Assembly: GCA_029260015.1 (NCBI GenBank)
Contig: JAJDEB010000036.1
Location: 1,226,554-1,290,553 of the forward strand
DNA: 64,000 nucleotides
Source of the DNA: Phycisphaerae bacterium
GTDB lineage: Bacteria; Planctomycetota; Phycisphaerae; UBA1845
Direction of reading: 5' to 3'
Below, piece by piece: positions 8,082 through 18,484 of this stretch; the first letter of the stretch is position 1, and each line of letters starts with the position of its first letter. A program made the position numbers and the translations under genes. Below the pieces are notes generated by a model, which was not told where the DNA came from, ran no database searches, and saw nothing but the letters and a program-made list of their open reading frames with translations.

Positions 8082-10799
8082 TTATGGTGCGTCGATTTCG
8101 AGGTTGTGGATGCGAGGCCCGTTGACTTCGCGCAAACCCAGTCGAATCGTTTTTCCAACCGCTGACTTAACATCACCGAACGTGTACTCAGTCGCAAGCG
8201 TCTGGCCCGGGAGTAGTTCATAGATCACACGGTACTGTCGACTTCGACCAGGATATGTCGCAAACGACCGAAAGCTGATCGGCACGTCCGCGCGGCTGGT
8301 CATGCCATGTCGAACGACGAGACGATCACCATCCATCACTGCATAGCCCCAAACATCGACATCGTGCAGATTCAAATCAAGCGCAAGCGGAACCCTCAAG
8401 AAATACTGCTTGGGTGATCCGAGCGATATTTCGGCAAACAGTTGTTTCACGCCAGCCGATTCGCTACTTGGATGCCGAATCGAAACGACGTATTCTCTTT
8501 CGTCGTTTGGATAGAGCGTAAACGATATTCGTGACGGACCGATGGTCCATCCCTCGGGCGCCTTTAGTTCAACATTTCCCGACATGGCGATGTTGTGGGG
8601 ATTTTGAATCGTCAGCGTGTGCTCTCGGGCGTCGAGGGCAAAGTCGGCTTGTGATGGCGAAAGTTTCACCCCTGCCCTAAACGCTGGGAGCCATCGATGT
8701 GAACCGACGACAAAAATGGGCGACTTGGTCACCTCGAACTCTTGGCGACCGTCATCTGAAGTGCGAAGCGGAACCTGCCCACCTAGAAGATCAACTGCTT
8801 CTGTCACCGAACCCAATTGAATCGTAAGCGGGCGCCCCAGGGGTGGCGATTTCGGATCCCAGATCACCCACACACTTTCGTCGCCCCGGACGAATGTAAG
8901 AGCCCGCGCTGATTGATCAAGTTCGAGTCGATGTGATGGAATCTTGTCACCTACCACATCTGCAAGGGTTCGAAATGCGAGGTAGGCCAGCGTCGGCTCA
9001 TACACCGTTCCTTCGGGTGATCGTCGCGCGGTCCAGGGTTGGGCAGCAAACACGGCATCGACACCCGTCCAGCGCGCTTCCAGGATTCGAAGTGCCCATG
9101 CGCCAATCGCGTCAGCATTAAGGTCCGTTCCAGCATCGACCGAAGCCCAGACCAAGTCGTATTGATTCTGGGAACGGCCATCTTTGATGAACTCACTTAA
9201 ATGATCACCGATGTGTTCGGGACGAATGTCAGATGGCAGGTAGACCGAAAGGTTCTCTGCATCGAGCTTGGTTCCATCCGGAAGCACCGATGCCGATTGG
9301 ATCACCGTCAAATCAGGGGCTGCAATCATGTCTTGGATACCTGCACGAAGGGCACTGACGGCTGACCCGTAGCGTGGGTCGTCTACCATCGATGAATCAC
9401 CGTCAAAGCCCAGTTGCCAAGATCGAAAAATGTTGGCATGGGGTGCTACGATTTCATCGAGAAAATGACGCCATCCTCTCGGGTCGTCTGACAACACGTC
9501 GAGCAGCGTCATATTGTGCTCGAATCGCGACTGGGCCAATTCGTCTGGAAGACCACCAAAGAGGCCAATGACTTCGACCTGCAAGCGAAGGAGCAGACTC
9601 ATGGTCTGAGGCAAGACATCCAGCGTTGATCGTGTGGCTGTCGTCGCGTCGTCACCACCCCACAACGGCACTTTCACGATGCCGACGTCCAGCGCATCTA
9701 ATAAGGCGAATGCATCCTCAATGTTTTCGCTGGGGAGGTGGGCCAGCGAAATGCCCATTCTGCGCGACACCTGACGCGGAGGATGGTGCGACCTTCCGAG
9801 TTGCGCAAATCGCAGCGTTCGTTCGAGAACATTTTCGCCCCCGTTTTGAACATTGAGCCTTGCGTAATACAAGCCCGGTTGCAGATTGGTCAACGTGACT
9901 ACCGTCGCCTGCCGCTGTTCAAAGTCGTGAACCGGAATCGTTTGATCGGCATAAACTCTTCCCGATTCATCAGTGACGACCAGTGACGCAATGAGGCCAT
10001 CGACAACGTCGTCGGCGACGGTTGCAAAAACCTCAATCGGCTCGTTGGCTGGGACCACGTTTCCGGCATGGCTCAGCTTGAGTTCAGCGAAGGGCTCTTC
10101 GATGATTTGGATGTCGTCGAACCAAGCCCCCCCAAAGACATCCATATGGTCGATGTGGCGATGCGGTTCTTTGCCTGCGCGCCAGACATCCTGCTGCACA
10201 AGCCAGCAGGTCACTCCGATGAATTGCGCGCCGACCGGAACGTCGGTCATTTCGATTTCGACCTTCTGCCAATCGCTACCGTCTTCCGACCCGCCGACCA
10301 ATCGGCTGTATTGCTGGGTGTCACCGATGTAGCGACCGTTCCAATCGATAAAATACGCACTGATTGCCGCGCGTCCGTTTTGCAACTGGTCGGCTTTGAT
10401 CCATCCGCGCACGCGAAACGTCCCCGGTCGAATGCGGGTCTCCGGACCGACGTAACGGTACCCGACGCTTTGCCCTTGAGACTCCAGATAGAAAGATGGG
10501 CTGCTATGGTGCCCGGACTCTTTGTCGAATCGCCCCTCGGTGTAGCGTGGGAAGCTCGGATCACCCACGGACGAATCGGGGAATCGAACCCAGTTGCGGG
10601 GGACTGTGTCGAAGTTTTTCGGTTCGTTGAAATCAAACGTGTGGATGATTCGACTCGTGCTGTCTGTATCAGCCGCCACCGAATCTTGCTCATCTGCGAA
10701 TGTGGGGATCGATTGCACAAGGATTGCGCAAACGCACGCGTGAGAAAACGTGCGCAAACCGAAGCGCCGACGACACCATTGCAATGACTGTCGTTTCAT
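8082..10799 (-). CDS. large secreted hypothetical protein (905 aa)
   Basis: N-terminal signal peptide (..VQSIPTFA-DEQ). No catalytic motif recognised. C-terminal beta-sandwich-like segment (HTLTIQNPHNIAMSGNVELKAPEGWTI). Confidence 0.6.
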   Translation of the reverse strand: MKRQSLQWCRRRFGLRTFSHACVCAILVQSIPTFADEQDSVAADTDSTSRIIHTFDFNEPKNFDTVPRNWVRFPDSSVGDPSFPRYTEGRFDKESGHHSSPSFYLESQGQSVGYRYVGPETRIRPGTFRVRGWIKADQLQNGRAAISAYFIDWNGRYIGDTQQYSRLVGGSEDGSDWQKVEIEMTDVPVGAQFIGVTCWLVQQDVWRAGKEPHRHIDHMDVFGGAWFDDIQIIEEPFAELKLSHAGNVVPANEPIEVFATVADDVVDGLIASLVVTDESGRVYADQTIPVHDFEQRQATVVTLTNLQPGLYYARLNVQNGGENVLERTLRFAQLGRSHHPPRQVSRRMGISLAHLPSENIEDAFALLDALDVGIVKVPLWGGDDATTATRSTLDVLPQTMSLLLRLQVEVIGLFGGLPDELAQSRFEHNMTLLDVLSDDPRGWRHFLDEIVAPHANIFRSWQLGFDGDSSMVDDPRYGSAVSALRAGIQDMIAAPDLTVIQSASVLPDGTKLDAENLSVYLPSDIRPEHIGDHLSEFIKDGRSQNQYDLVWASVDAGTDLNADAIGAWALRILEARWTGVDAVFAAQPWTARRSPEGTVYEPTLAYLAFRTLADVVGDKIPSHRLELDQSARALTFVRGDESVWVIWDPKSPPLGRPLTIQLGSVTEAVDLLGGQVPLRTSDDGRQEFEVTKSPIFVVGSHRWLPAFRAGVKLSPSQADFALDAREHTLTIQNPHNIAMSGNVELKAPEGWTIGPSRISFTLYPNDEREYVVSIRHPSSESAGVKQLFAEISLGSPKQYFLRVPLALDLNLHDVDVWGYAVMDGDRLVVRHGMTSRADVPISFRSFATYPGRSRQYRVIYELLPGQTLATEYTFGDVKSAVGKTIRLGLREVNGPRIHNLEIDAP

Positions 10800-10861
10800 C
10801 CCAATTTATCGGCATTGGTGTGCGGTCCGTTGATGTGCACAACGGTTATCGGAGCGCCAAA

Positions 10862-12610
10862 TCAGGGAAAGTCCGATAGTATTGCCCCGCTGATGAGGAG
10901 CATGTTGCCGACGTCTACAGTGTCGTCTGCCAGACCGTTGCCGGCCATCTCGTTGACGATCAGATCGATGAATCCGTCACCGTCCAGGTCTGCCGCCGCC
11001 GCGCTGTAGCAGAGTGTGTCGCCGGCATCGCTGGTCTTTGACCCCATCGCCCCTTCGACGATCGACACCGCGTCGATGCCTGATTCGCCCGATTCAATCT
11101 GCGCGAGATCGATCACTTCAGGCCAACTTTTTGTCTGACCGAACAGGATATGAATGACGCCTGCAGAGAGCCGCTCCTGTGGTGTACCATGCGGGCTTCC
11201 GACGGCCAGGTCTGCGATCCCGTCATTGTTGAAATCACCATGTGCCATCGTGTCACCACCAAGCGAATCGCGTGATGGTCCTTCGATCACACTGATTTTG
11301 ATTCCGTCAGGCGGGGCATCGATCACAAAGTCAAGACCGCGAAGACTCTCAGCCCGATCCAGAATATAACCGCGGCCGCTACTGTTTCCGTTTACACCGT
11401 CAGCCACCAAGTCACCTAAGAACAATTCTGCGAAACCGTCCCCGTTGTAATCAAGCCCCCCGACGATCTCTTCACCGAACGCGCCGTTTTCTTCCGCGCC
11501 GCGAATCGTAGTGAACGCCTCCGCGCCCTCTACAATTTCGATCGTTTCGCCCGGCGCCCATTCGCCACTGGCGATGTTGTCGTCCCAGATGATGTACATG
11601 CGGCCATCCGGTGCGCCACCGATCGCAGCCCCCGTTCCCGGCGCCGCGTTGGGCAGACGAATACCCGCGCCCGCACGCGTCAACGCTGCGGCTAACAACA
11701 CTTCACCGCGCCCATTGCTGTTGAGGTCAGCAATAGCACAAGTCGCACCAAGATGGAAATTGCGTGCGTCGGGCGGCGGAAGGAATTTGATGATGTGCCC
11801 GGCGAGTTCTGTGGTTCCGAAGTCGGCAAGGTCGATGGTGGTTTTGCCGTTTAAGTGTTCACCGCCGCGAATCAGATACGCCTCGCCCGAGTTGGCCTCT
11901 TCACCCCGGTTGGCTTCGTCCGCACCGACGATGATGTCGACAATGCCATCGCCAGTCACGTCGCCCGTTCGCGTCCAGATACCCAATCGATCAAACGCAC
12001 TCACACCCACAAATGTCAAGATCCGGATGTCGGCGGGTGGATCGGCAAGGTCGAGATACGTCTGCGTTTCGGCGTGTTCGCGCAGGGCGGCAGAACCGAA
12101 AATGATCGTCAGCGCCCCGGCACCGCGCCGCTCCTCAGTTGGTGAAAAATTCTGCCGGCAGATGAGCAGATCGCCGACGCCATCGGCATTGACATCGTCC
12201 ATCCAGACTTCGCAACCAGTTACCTCCAACACCGCAGACCCGGCGATTTTGAGGATTCGATCACTGAATCCAATCGTATCCAATGTCCCACCGATCGTAC
12301 CATCGCCGAAAATCAGCAAGACTTCGCCCGCACCCTGCCGATCGAGCGGACTGGCTTGGATCGATGCGTACGCAGTATCGGAGATTCCATCCCCGTCGCA
12401 ATCAAACCCGCCCGCCACCGGCAAGCCGCGCCGCCCATCGCCTGACGAACCGTAGATGCGCGTCAGCACGCCGGCATCCGTTTCGGTGTTGGCGAGATCC
12501 ATCTTCAAAATCCCCACCGGCGGCGTCGGGTCGGGTTCCGGTTCGACCACTTCTGGTACGCAGCCAACGGTAAATGCCATCGCCAAGAGAATTATGATTC
12601 GCAGTGTCAT
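10862..12610 (-). CDS. FG-GAP/VCBS-repeat lipoprotein
   Basis: Lipobox AFTVG-C. Seven DxDxDG-type loops: CDGDGISD, DVNADGVGD, DVTGDGIVD, DLNSNGRGE, DYNGDGFAE, DFNNDGIAD, DLDGDGFID. Confidence 0.8.
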   Translation of the reverse strand: MTLRIIILLAMAFTVGCVPEVVEPEPDPTPPVGILKMDLANTETDAGVLTRIYGSSGDGRRGLPVAGGFDCDGDGISDTAYASIQASPLDRQGAGEVLLIFGDGTIGGTLDTIGFSDRILKIAGSAVLEVTGCEVWMDDVNADGVGDLLICRQNFSPTEERRGAGALTIIFGSAALREHAETQTYLDLADPPADIRILTFVGVSAFDRLGIWTRTGDVTGDGIVDIIVGADEANRGEEANSGEAYLIRGGEHLNGKTTIDLADFGTTELAGHIIKFLPPPDARNFHLGATCAIADLNSNGRGEVLLAAALTRAGAGIRLPNAAPGTGAAIGGAPDGRMYIIWDDNIASGEWAPGETIEIVEGAEAFTTIRGAEENGAFGEEIVGGLDYNGDGFAELFLGDLVADGVNGNSSGRGYILDRAESLRGLDFVIDAPPDGIKISVIEGPSRDSLGGDTMAHGDFNNDGIADLAVGSPHGTPQERLSAGVIHILFGQTKSWPEVIDLAQIESGESGIDAVSIVEGAMGSKTSDAGDTLCYSAAAADLDGDGFIDLIVNEMAGNGLADDTVDVGNMLLISGAILSDFP

Positions 12611-12728
12611 TGAATAGATGCTTTCCGTGTGACGGGATGAATGGGACTATGGTGAGTTCCGTTGAGTTCGGCGAAATTATAGCAGCGCCCTAAGCGTACA
12701 AGCCAGTCCGACCCGCACAGACATCGCT

Positions 12729-14429
12729 TTGGCGTTGCCGTCGGTCGCAAGTATACCTACGATGGCCAGCATGGCTGATTCACACTCCATTTCACGGTAT
12801 CTAACGAATTTCGACTCGACGCGCATCGGACATGTATTGACCGACGTGCTGGTCGTTGGTGGTGGCGTAGCCGGCTTGTCTGCTGCGTTGGCAGCCAGCG
12901 ATGGTGCCAACGTTTTGCTCCTGACCAAGGGCGGCATGCCCGATTCGGCGACGTACTGGGCACAGGGCGGAATCGCGGCTGTCCTCGATCCGTCCGACTC
13001 GATCGAGCAGCACATCGAAGACACGATGACCGTGGGCGCGGGGATGAACCACCCCGATGTCGTGCAACTGGTCTGCCGCGACGGCGTCGCCCGCATCGGT
13101 GATTTGATCGAGCAGCAGATGGCGTTCGATCGCAAGGACGGAAAAATCGCCCTCGGATTGGAAGGTGGACACCGCGCCCCACGCGTTCTGCATACCGGGG
13201 GCGATGCGACGGGCAAAGCGCTCAGCGAGCATCTCACCGAACAAGCCCGCGACAAACGCTCGGTTCGTATTTTTGAAAACTGCTTCCTGATCGACTTGAT
13301 CACCTTCGATGGCGAATGCGTGGGTGCGGTCACGTTTCATGCGAAGTACGGACATCAGCTCATATGGGCCGCGCGAACCATCATGGCCAGCGGCGGATAC
13401 GGCCGCATCTATCGCGAAACAACCAACCCATCCGAGATTACCGGAGATGGCATCGCCGTCGCGCTGCGGGCCGGTGCGAAAGTGGCTGACATGGAATTCG
13501 TTCAGTTCCATCCGACCACGCTCTATGTGGCCGGCGCGACCCGCGCCCTTATCTCCGAAGCCGTTCGCGGTGAGGGGGCGTACATCGTCGAAGCCGACGG
13601 CAATCGATTCATGCCGGACTACCACAAAGATGCCGAACTCGCCCCGCGCGATGTCGTGAGTCGGGCAATCGTCGATCGTCTGCACAAGACGCGTCGTACC
13701 AATGTCTTTCTCGACGTGAGGCACATCGAACGCAAGACATTTGCCAAGCGCTTTCCGACGATCACCCGAACGTGTAAGGAATTCGGGATCGACGTCAGCA
13801 GCGATTTGATTCCGATTCGACCGGCAGCACATTACTCCATCGGTGGCGTCGTCGCAGACATCGAAGGGCGCACGACGCTTCCCGGTTTGTTTGCATGTGG
13901 CGAGGCTTCGTGCAGCGGATTGCACGGTGCGAATCGATTGGCCAGCAACTCGCTGCTGGAAGGATTGGTGATGGGCAAAATCACTGGCGATTCAGCGCTG
14001 CAGGATTTACAAAACGGTTATGGCGTGCGTCCCATTCGCATCAGCAATGCCAAACCGAAATCATCAAAAACGATGCTGGATCTGGCTGACATCAAGCAGA
14101 GTTTGCGGGCACTGATGTGGCGAAATGCCGGGATTGTCCGCAACGGCGATCGCCTCAGCGAAACGGTCGAAATCATCGACTTCTGGAGCAAGTTCATCCT
14201 CGATAAGACGTTTGACTCGCCAGATGGGTGGGAAGTTCAGAACATGCTTCAACTGGGACGTCTTGTCGCCGCGTCAGCCAACATGCGCGAGGAATGCTGC
14301 GGCGTTCACTTTCGAGATGATGTGGAATTGAACGGCAATGGCTCGCCAAGAAACCACCTTGCCTATCAACTGATCGACGGTGCGTGCAAGAGTGAAACGA
14401 TGCCCCTTCATTTTGAGGGTTGGCGATAA
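12729..14429 (+). CDS. nadB: L-aspartate oxidase
   Basis: Motifs DVLVVGGGVAGLSAA, YWAQGGIAA, RPAAHYSIGGV, GEASCSGLHGANRLASNSLLEGLV. TTG 12729 gives the longest ORF; ATG alternatives at 12762 and 12771. Confidence 0.85.
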   Translation: MALPSVASIPTMASMADSHSISRYLTNFDSTRIGHVLTDVLVVGGGVAGLSAALAASDGANVLLLTKGGMPDSATYWAQGGIAAVLDPSDSIEQHIEDTMTVGAGMNHPDVVQLVCRDGVARIGDLIEQQMAFDRKDGKIALGLEGGHRAPRVLHTGGDATGKALSEHLTEQARDKRSVRIFENCFLIDLITFDGECVGAVTFHAKYGHQLIWAARTIMASGGYGRIYRETTNPSEITGDGIAVALRAGAKVADMEFVQFHPTTLYVAGATRALISEAVRGEGAYIVEADGNRFMPDYHKDAELAPRDVVSRAIVDRLHKTRRTNVFLDVRHIERKTFAKRFPTITRTCKEFGIDVSSDLIPIRPAAHYSIGGVVADIEGRTTLPGLFACGEASCSGLHGANRLASNSLLEGLVMGKITGDSALQDLQNGYGVRPIRISNAKPKSSKTMLDLADIKQSLRALMWRNAGIVRNGDRLSETVEIIDFWSKFILDKTFDSPDGWEVQNMLQLGRLVAASANMREECCGVHFRDDVELNGNGSPRNHLAYQLIDGACKSETMPLHFEGWR

Positions 14430-14440
14430 GACAACTGGTC

Positions 14441-14515
14441 GTGCCACTGCTCTGTGAGCAGTGCTTTTGTTCCCAAGCCATCTACTGTTCTGCACTGCTC
14501 ACAGAGCAGTGGTAC
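14441..14515. repeat. family B nested palindrome, copy 1
   Basis: GTGCCACTGCTCTGTGAGCAGTG, a 29-nt spacer, then CACTGCTCACAGAGCAGTGGTAC. Lies between the convergent nadB and ftsH. Confidence 0.9.
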
Positions 14516-14557
14516 AGTCATCGCTTTTGCGACGAACATGATGACCTGAACCCAAGA

Positions 14558-16588
14558 TTACCCCGGCGCGGGTAGGCTTCCGCCGCCCAGGTCCAAACCG
14601 GCGTCTGACTCTGAGTCGGCTGGCTTGGCTTTACCGATCGCGGAACCGGGTTTGGAGTGTTCCGAATCGAGGATGTCGGAAATCGTTGGCCGCTCCAGCG
14701 TTTCGCCACGGATGATGGCGTGAACGTCGTCACCAGTCAGCGTTTCGTATTTGAGCAAGGCTTCGGCGATTTTCTCTAGGACATCGCGATTTTCGCCCAT
14801 CAATTTGTTGGTTTTCTCGTAGAGCGTATCGATGAGCTTTTTGATTTCCTGATCAATCTGGTTACCGGTTTGGCTGGAATACGACTGCCGCCCCAGACCC
14901 ATCTCGTTTTCTTCTTCACCGTAATAAACGAATCCGAGCGATTCGTTCATACCGTATTCTTTGACCATTTGCCGGGCGATCGCTGTCACCTGCTTGATGT
15001 CCATCGACGCGCCGCTGCTGATCTCGCCGAAGAACATGTCTTCTGCGATGCGGCCACCAAACGCGACCTGGATCATCGCGGTCAGATACTCCTGGGTGTA
15101 GACCATTCGATCGCGTTCGGGCAATGAGAACGTCGCCCCGCCATACGGACCACGCGAGAGAATGCTGACCTTGTGCAGCGGGTCGGCATCTTTGAGCAGC
15201 ACTTGAACGATGGCGTGACCGGCTTCGTGGTATGCGGTAACTTTCTTGTCGTGTTCATCGACCTGACGACTGCGATGAGCGCGACCCCAGCGAACCTTGT
15301 CGCGGGCTTCTTCGAGATCGACCATTTCGATGTAATCTTTGTTGCCCATCGTCGCGATGATCGCTGACTCATTGATGATCGCAGCCAGTTCTGCACCGCT
15401 GAACATCGGGGTGGCTCGTGCGAGGCGACGCATGTCGACGTTTGGTCCCAAGCGCACCTTGCGGGCATGGACTTTGAGAATTTCATAACGTCCCTGAACG
15501 TCGGGCAGCGACACGCTGACTTCGCGATCGAAGCGGCCGGGACGAACCAATGCCGGGTCAAGCACATCCACGCGGTTGGTGGCTGCAATGACAATGACCT
15601 GATCGGAGGTATCGAAACCATCCATCTCGACGAGGATAGCGTTGAGCGTCTGCTCACGTTCGTCATGACCGCCGCCACCGAAGTTTCCGCCGCGACGTCG
15701 GCCTACAGCGTCAATTTCATCAAGGAAAATGATGCAGGGCGAATTGTCCTTGGCTTGCTTGAACAGATCGCGAACGCGCGACGCACCGACACCGACGAAC
15801 ATTTCGACAAAGTCAGAACCGCTGATCGAGAAAAAGGGTACGTCAGCTTCACCGGCGATAGCTTTGGCCATCAGAGTCTTACCGCATCCGGGTGGGCCCA
15901 CGAGCAACACACCGCGCGGAATGCGTCCGCCCAAACGCTGAAAACGCTTCGGGTTCTTTAGAAACTCAATGAGTTCCTGAACTTCTTCCTTGGCTTCCTG
16001 AATGCCTGCAACGTCTGCAAAGGAAACGTTCACGTGTTCCTTCGACGTCACGCGATGGCGCGAACGACCGAAGTTCCCGAGGATGCCACCACCCCCGCCA
16101 GCCGACCGAATCTGACGAAATACGAACAGGTAGATGAATAGGAAGATGAACAACCACGGCAACATCGCGATGAGAAACTCGACCCAGTAACTGGGGGCTT
16201 CTACTTTAATTTCCGCATCAGGAAGTTTCGTACGGACATGCGCGAGCCACTCACGGTCCATCGCCTGCTTGATGTAAAGGACTTCAAAGCGACGGGGTTC
16301 TGTGACAGGGTGGCGTTCCGAAGGTTTGAGTACACCGATGATTTTATCTTGCCTGACGACGAGCTTTTCAATCGCACCGTCATCGACGTAGGTTTCAAAT
16401 TCATTGATGGTAATCTGCTTGGGGCTGTCGAAACCCTTGGCGAACACCACGACGAGCAGCAGGGAGAGCGCCAGAAAAACCATCCACGTCGCCACGCCGC
16501 GTGACGGCATTTTCATGTTGGGCGGTGGCGTTTTCTTATTCGGATCCGGCTTCTTCGGATCGTTGCCATTGCCGTTGGATTCCGGCAT
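14558..16588 (-). CDS. ftsH: ATP-dependent zinc metalloprotease FtsH
   Basis: Two N-terminal TM segments, Walker A GPPGCGKT, Walker [10 protein letters not shown], zinc site HEAGHAI. Confidence 0.95.
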   Translation of the reverse strand: MPESNGNGNDPKKPDPNKKTPPPNMKMPSRGVATWMVFLALSLLLVVVFAKGFDSPKQITINEFETYVDDGAIEKLVVRQDKIIGVLKPSERHPVTEPRRFEVLYIKQAMDREWLAHVRTKLPDAEIKVEAPSYWVEFLIAMLPWLFIFLFIYLFVFRQIRSAGGGGGILGNFGRSRHRVTSKEHVNVSFADVAGIQEAKEEVQELIEFLKNPKRFQRLGGRIPRGVLLVGPPGCGKTLMAKAIAGEADVPFFSISGSDFVEMFVGVGASRVRDLFKQAKDNSPCIIFLDEIDAVGRRRGGNFGGGGHDEREQTLNAILVEMDGFDTSDQVIVIAATNRVDVLDPALVRPGRFDREVSVSLPDVQGRYEILKVHARKVRLGPNVDMRRLARATPMFSGAELAAIINESAIIATMGNKDYIEMVDLEEARDKVRWGRAHRSRQVDEHDKKVTAYHEAGHAIVQVLLKDADPLHKVSILSRGPYGGATFSLPERDRMVYTQEYLTAMIQVAFGGRIAEDMFFGEISSGASMDIKQVTAIARQMVKEYGMNESLGFVYYGEEENEMGLGRQSYSSQTGNQIDQEIKKLIDTLYEKTNKLMGENRDVLEKIAEALLKYETLTGDDVHAIIRGETLERPTISDILDSEHSKPGSAIGKAKPADSESDAGLDLGGGSLPAPG

Positions 16589-16603
16589 GTCGATGTCTCT
16601 CCT

Positions 16604-16641
16604 CAGTGCAATCTACTTAGTGCAATGTACGTCAGTGCAAT
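16604..16641 (-). promoter_or_regulatory. three direct ATTGCACT(R) repeats in the ftsH 5' leader
   Basis: On the plus strand, CAGTGCAAT at 16604, TAGTGCAAT at 16618 and CAGTGCAAT at 16633. Periods are 14 and 15 nt. The proximal copy abuts the GAGGAGAG Shine-Dalgarno. Confidence 0.5.
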
Positions 16642-16770
16642 GATGGACCATTTGGCCGATGAGCCAACGGGTCGGGTAGCCCAACTGGCGAGCGACCCTA
16701 ATACCCCGTTACTGGTATCCTAGGAATCGGACCGCCTGGATTCCAATTCTGCTGAATTCAATTGCCGGTG

Positions 16771-17283
16771 TTACCAATCGGTTTCCATCGCTTCGACGAT
16801 CCGCTCGGCCATCCGATCCAGAGATCGAATCGCGACTCCGGTGGTGAACGATTCCCCCACAGTGGGGATATAGCTGTCCATATGGACGAATCTGGGCCTT
16901 TCCACGAGGATGTCGCCGGTTCGCTGGTCCTGCCACCGCAATCGCATCACGACCGATGTGCCGATCGCCCTGGGGTCATCCGTCTGAAACTGGTTGCCCA
17001 GGACGCTCTGTCGAACCTCGAGGATTTCACCGCTGAAAACCGTGTCTGCTACCTCACGATCGGCGATTCGGTACGGCGTATCCATTTCAATACGCTTGAC
17101 CAACGCCTCGGTCAGGTGAAATTCCAACTCGCGGCGGAACTCACGCGAATGGATCATTTCCACGCAGACGGTATTGATATCGGCAGAAAATGGCCGCTTC
17201 GCAGAATATCCACAACCGGTGGTGAGTCCACTCATCAAGAGCATCAGAAGCGACAGAGTTCGATATTTTCGGGCCTTGTTCAT
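16771..17283 (-). CDS. LptE-like lipoprotein (tentative)
   Basis: Lipobox GLTTG-CGY. Size (170 aa) and the pattern after the lipobox resemble the LPS-assembly lipoprotein family. Assignment by eye only. Confidence 0.45.
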   Translation of the reverse strand: MNKARKYRTLSLLMLLMSGLTTGCGYSAKRPFSADINTVCVEMIHSREFRRELEFHLTEALVKRIEMDTPYRIADREVADTVFSGEILEVRQSVLGNQFQTDDPRAIGTSVVMRLRWQDQRTGDILVERPRFVHMDSYIPTVGESFTTGVAIRSLDRMAERIVEAMETDW

Positions 17284-17344
17284 CCTGACTCCATTTTCTC
17301 GCTCGAATCCACATGAGATTCAGCAAGCCCAAACAAGGGTCAAT

Positions 17345-18484
17345 TTATTCCCAATGCGGAAGCATTTGCAGCATCGCCAGCTGATCGTCAGCCGCCTGAT
17401 CAGTCCGATGGGCGCTTGGTCGTTGCTCGATTGCGTCTTTGATCGTTTCATCCGATGCCGGATCGTTCGTCGGTGAAACATCGTCATCCGGCGAAGTGGT
17501 CGTCTCGACATCCTCCTCCAATACCACACCTTCCAACGCATCGAGTCGCTCAGCCGCACCGATCGCAGCCACCGTGTCGGGCCAATTCGTCATGGTCGAA
17601 CGATAATAGAACCGCGCGGCGCGAAGTCTCTTGACCTTTTCATAATACTTCCCAATGCTCAACTCCTTCTCAGCCCGCGTTTCGCTGATGCCATCCAGCA
17701 AAATGGCGATCCCTTCCTGCTCTGCAGAACCGGGATAAAGCGATACATAGCGGCGGAAGCGCTCCTCGGCTTCGATGAGCGGCGCGTCGTCAAAGTTAAT
17801 TCCGGTAAAGCTCGCCTGCGCCGCATACGCCCCTTGCAAGAGCGACTGGCGCACATAACGACTTCGCGGATATTGCTGAATCAGAAAACCATACTCCTGC
17901 TCGGCAAACGCGAAATCCCCTTCGGCAAAGTAGTAGCGGGCTTTGGTGACGGTGGCTAATTCTGCCAACTGTGAATCGGGATCGTTGGCCACGATGTCAT
18001 CCAGTATCCGCAAAGCAATGTCGTCGGCGCGAAGCATCCGCATGCCTAGAAACTTTCGCTTCGCTCCGGATAGAAAAACTTCGGCGATGACGAACTGCAT
18101 GTTCAGCGCTTCGTTCTCGTAGTTCGTCCCCGAAAACTCGCTTAAGAACGTTTGCAGATCTTTGTACGTCTTGTAGTAATCCTTCATCGCAATTTGCGCG
18201 TGGCTACGCAGCAGAATGGCTTCGGGCCGCAGCGGGTCCATATCGCCATAGACTTTGAACCACTGCTTGATTGCCTTGACGGTCTTTCTGTGTTCACCGC
18301 GTGCATGATCGGCACGGGCCAATCGCAGGTCGCCGTCGGGCGTACCCGGAACCGGAGGTAGCACATCTGTCCACTGACCGGTCGTCGGGTCGAATTCCAT
18401 CGTCTCAGCCCGCTGCGGATCTGCATCCTGGGCGACCGCGTGTGAACCACTCAATAACAATGCCGCGCCACACACCAGAAGCAT
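17345..18484 (-). CDS. BamD/YfiO-like TPR protein with acidic C-terminal extension (tentative)
   Basis: Signal peptide MLLVCGAALLLSGSHAVA-Q from ATG 18484. TPR-like helices (ARYYFAEGDFAFAEQEYGFLIQQYPRSRY). Lies next to the LptE-like gene. Confidence 0.45.
   Translation of the reverse strand: MLLVCGAALLLSGSHAVAQDADPQRAETMEFDPTTGQWTDVLPPVPGTPDGDLRLARADHARGEHRKTVKAIKQWFKVYGDMDPLRPEAILLRSHAQIAMKDYYKTYKDLQTFLSEFSGTNYENEALNMQFVIAEVFLSGAKRKFLGMRMLRADDIALRILDDIVANDPDSQLAELATVTKARYYFAEGDFAFAEQEYGFLIQQYPRSRYVRQSLLQGAYAAQASFTGINFDDAPLIEAEERFRRYVSLYPGSAEQEGIAILLDGISETRAEKELSIGKYYEKVKRLRAARFYYRSTMTNWPDTVAAIGAAERLDALEGVVLEEDVETTTSPDDDVSPTNDPASDETIKDAIEQRPSAHRTDQAADDQLAMLQMLPHWE

Noticed and set aside
10580-10591. 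tRNA-like T-arm string GGAATCGAACCC (reverse complement of GGGTTCGATTCC).
   Set aside because: It lies inside the 905-aa CDS. No acceptor, D or anticodon arms can be built around it. No other tRNA signatures were seen in the window.
10861-10880. GGGAAAGTCCGA, resembling the RNase P RNA GGAAAGUCCGG box.
   Set aside because: It overlaps the stop and 3' end of the FG-GAP gene and has no surrounding P4 or other conserved RNase P helices.
12801-13925. Long antisense ORFs opposite well-supported genes. Examples: 12801..13925 opposite nadB, 5826..6701 opposite the TPR gene, 11511..12455 opposite FG-GAP, 10068..10787 opposite the 905-aa gene, 22522..23364 opposite icd, 38735..39466 opposite rocD, 43115..43783 opposite kdsB, 56011..56994 opposite the kinase.
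   Set aside because: They are typical shadow ORFs of GC-rich DNA. Their products are Arg/Ser/Pro/Ala-biased with no motifs, while the sense-strand genes have unambiguous family signatures.
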